Source of the DNA: Antedon mediterranea
Lineage: Eukaryota > Animalia > Echinodermata
Direction of reading: 5' to 3'
Assembly: GCF_964355755.1 (NCBI RefSeq)
Contig: NC_092678.1
Location: forward strand, 9,980,352 to 10,044,351
DNA length: 64,000 bases
Position numbers and translations under genes: made by a program. The notes below the pieces were generated by a model, which was not told the DNA's origin, ran no database searches, and was given only the letters and a program-made list of their open reading frames with translations. This document shows, piece after piece, positions 62,801 through 64,000 of this stretch; position 1 is the stretch's first letter; each line of letters starts with the position of its first letter.

Positions 62801-64000
62801 GCACAAAATAGTCTAAAACGTCTCCAAATGCGATTTGAAGCTTTTCTAAGCACTTTGGTGTTTTTATGTTAACAAGTTTTTTCGAAAATCACAAAATGGT
62901 CTAAAACGTCTCCAAATGCGATTTGAAGATATTCTGAGCACTTTGGTGTTTTTATGTTAAAAAGTATTTTCGAAAATCACAAAATGGTCTAAAACGTCTC
63001 CAAATGCGATTTGAAGCTCTTCTGTACACTTTGATGTTTTGTGTGAAAAAGTTTAGTCGAAATGCTCAAAATGGTCTAAAACGTTTTTAAAACGATATTA
63101 AGCTATTTTGTGCTCTTTGATGTTTTTGTGTAACCAAGTTTCATCGAAATGAACAAAATGGTCTAAAACGTCTCCAAATGCGATTTGAAGCTTTTCTAAG
63201 CACTTTGGTGTTTTTATGTTAACAAGTTTTTTCGAAAATCACAAAATGGTCTAAAACGTCTCCAAATGCGATTTGAAGATATTCTGAGCACTTTGCTGTT
63301 TTTATGTTAACAAGTTTTTTCGAAAATCACAAAATGGTCTAAAACGTCTCAAAATGCTATTTGAAGGTATTCTGAGCACTTTGGTGTTTTTGTGTGAAAA
63401 GTTTTAACGAAATGCTCAAAATGGTCTAAAACGGTTCTAATGTGATTTTAAACACTTTGATGTTTTGTGTGAAAAAGTTTTGTCAAAATGCTGAAAATGG
63501 TCTAAAACGTTTTTAAAACGATATTAAGCTATTTTGTGCTCTTTGATGTTTTTGTATAACCAAGTTTTTTCGAAAATCACAAAATGGTCTAAAACGTCTC
63601 CAAATGCGATTTGAAGATATTCTGAGCACTTTGGTGTTTTTATGTTAAAAAGTTTTTTCGAAAATCACAAAATGGTCTAAAACGTCTCCAAATGCGATTT
63701 GAAGATATTCTGAGCACTTTGGTGTTTTTATGTTAAAAAGTTTTTTCGAAAATCACAAAATGGTCTAAAACGTCTCCAAATGCGATTTGAAGCTATTCTA
63801 TACACTTTGATGTTTTGTGTTAAAAAGTTTTGTCGAAATGCTCAAAATGGTTTAAAACGTTTTTAAAACGATATTAAGCTATTTTGTGCTCTTTGATGTT
63901 TTTGTGTAACCAAGTTTCATCGAAATGAACAAAATGGTCTAAAACGTCTCCAAATGCGATTTGAAGCTTTTCCAAGCACTTTGCTGTTTTTATGTTAACA

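Larger units (their letters stand above)
1..64000. repeat. Tandem satellite DNA array, ~88-bp monomer family (77-88 bp variants), about 740 copies, single orientation, extends past both window edges
   Basis: The motif AAAATGGTCTAAAACG recurs every 77-88 bp from start to end (GTCTAAAACG at 53, 141, 228, 305, 392...). No unrelated sequence and no inverted monomer seen. Confidence 0.99.

Noticed and set aside
1-64000. CRISPR-like array (conserved box with variable intervening sequence)
   Set aside because: The intervening segments are homologous to each other and fall into a few heavily repeated classes rather than unique spacers; no cas genes or leader.
1-64000. Transposon/LTR insertion, inversion or telomeric repeat inside the array
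   Set aside because: Reading through, every segment parses as monomer sequence in the same orientation; the only irregularities are deletions and chimeras.
1-64000. tRNA, 5S or other ncRNA tandem gene array (unit size 77-88 bp)
   Set aside because: No convincing cloverleaf or A/B box pair; frequent T5-T6 runs would terminate Pol III within each unit; GC content is low.
1-64000. Assignment to a named satellite family or species
   Set aside because: I do not recognise the consensus with confidence; this needs a database search.
1-64000. Monomer order as an information-bearing code or programmed rearrangement cassette system
   Set aside because: The order is adequately explained by nested duplication, deletion and in-register recombination; no recombinase, expression site or other support is visible.

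Overview
The whole 64-kb window is one uninterrupted, head-to-tail, single-orientation AT-rich (~31% GC in a monomer I counted) satellite DNA array. It holds roughly 740 monomers of 86-88 bp plus a 77/78-bp deletion class, each carrying the conserved box AAAATGGTCTAAAACG. I see no credible genes, RNA genes, transposons or CRISPR array; all ORFs in the track are chance read-throughs of 2-3 monomers on the minus strand. The informative structure is internal: about eight monomer classes (my labels A-H) are strung together under strong adjacency rules but without one fixed higher-order repeat (HOR). They are amplified through nested duplications of 253, 425, 438, 1042, ~3020, ~7450 bp and a dispersed ~8-kb copy at offset 23,776 bp. 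There is also a ~10-bp internal periodicity, several microhomology-bounded deletions and recurrent CpG-transition variants. A eukaryotic centromeric/pericentromeric location is plausible but is inference; I cannot name the species or satellite family. I found no evidence of a novel gene-encoded system. All offsets were counted by hand from marker variants and the ORF track, and block boundaries are approximate.
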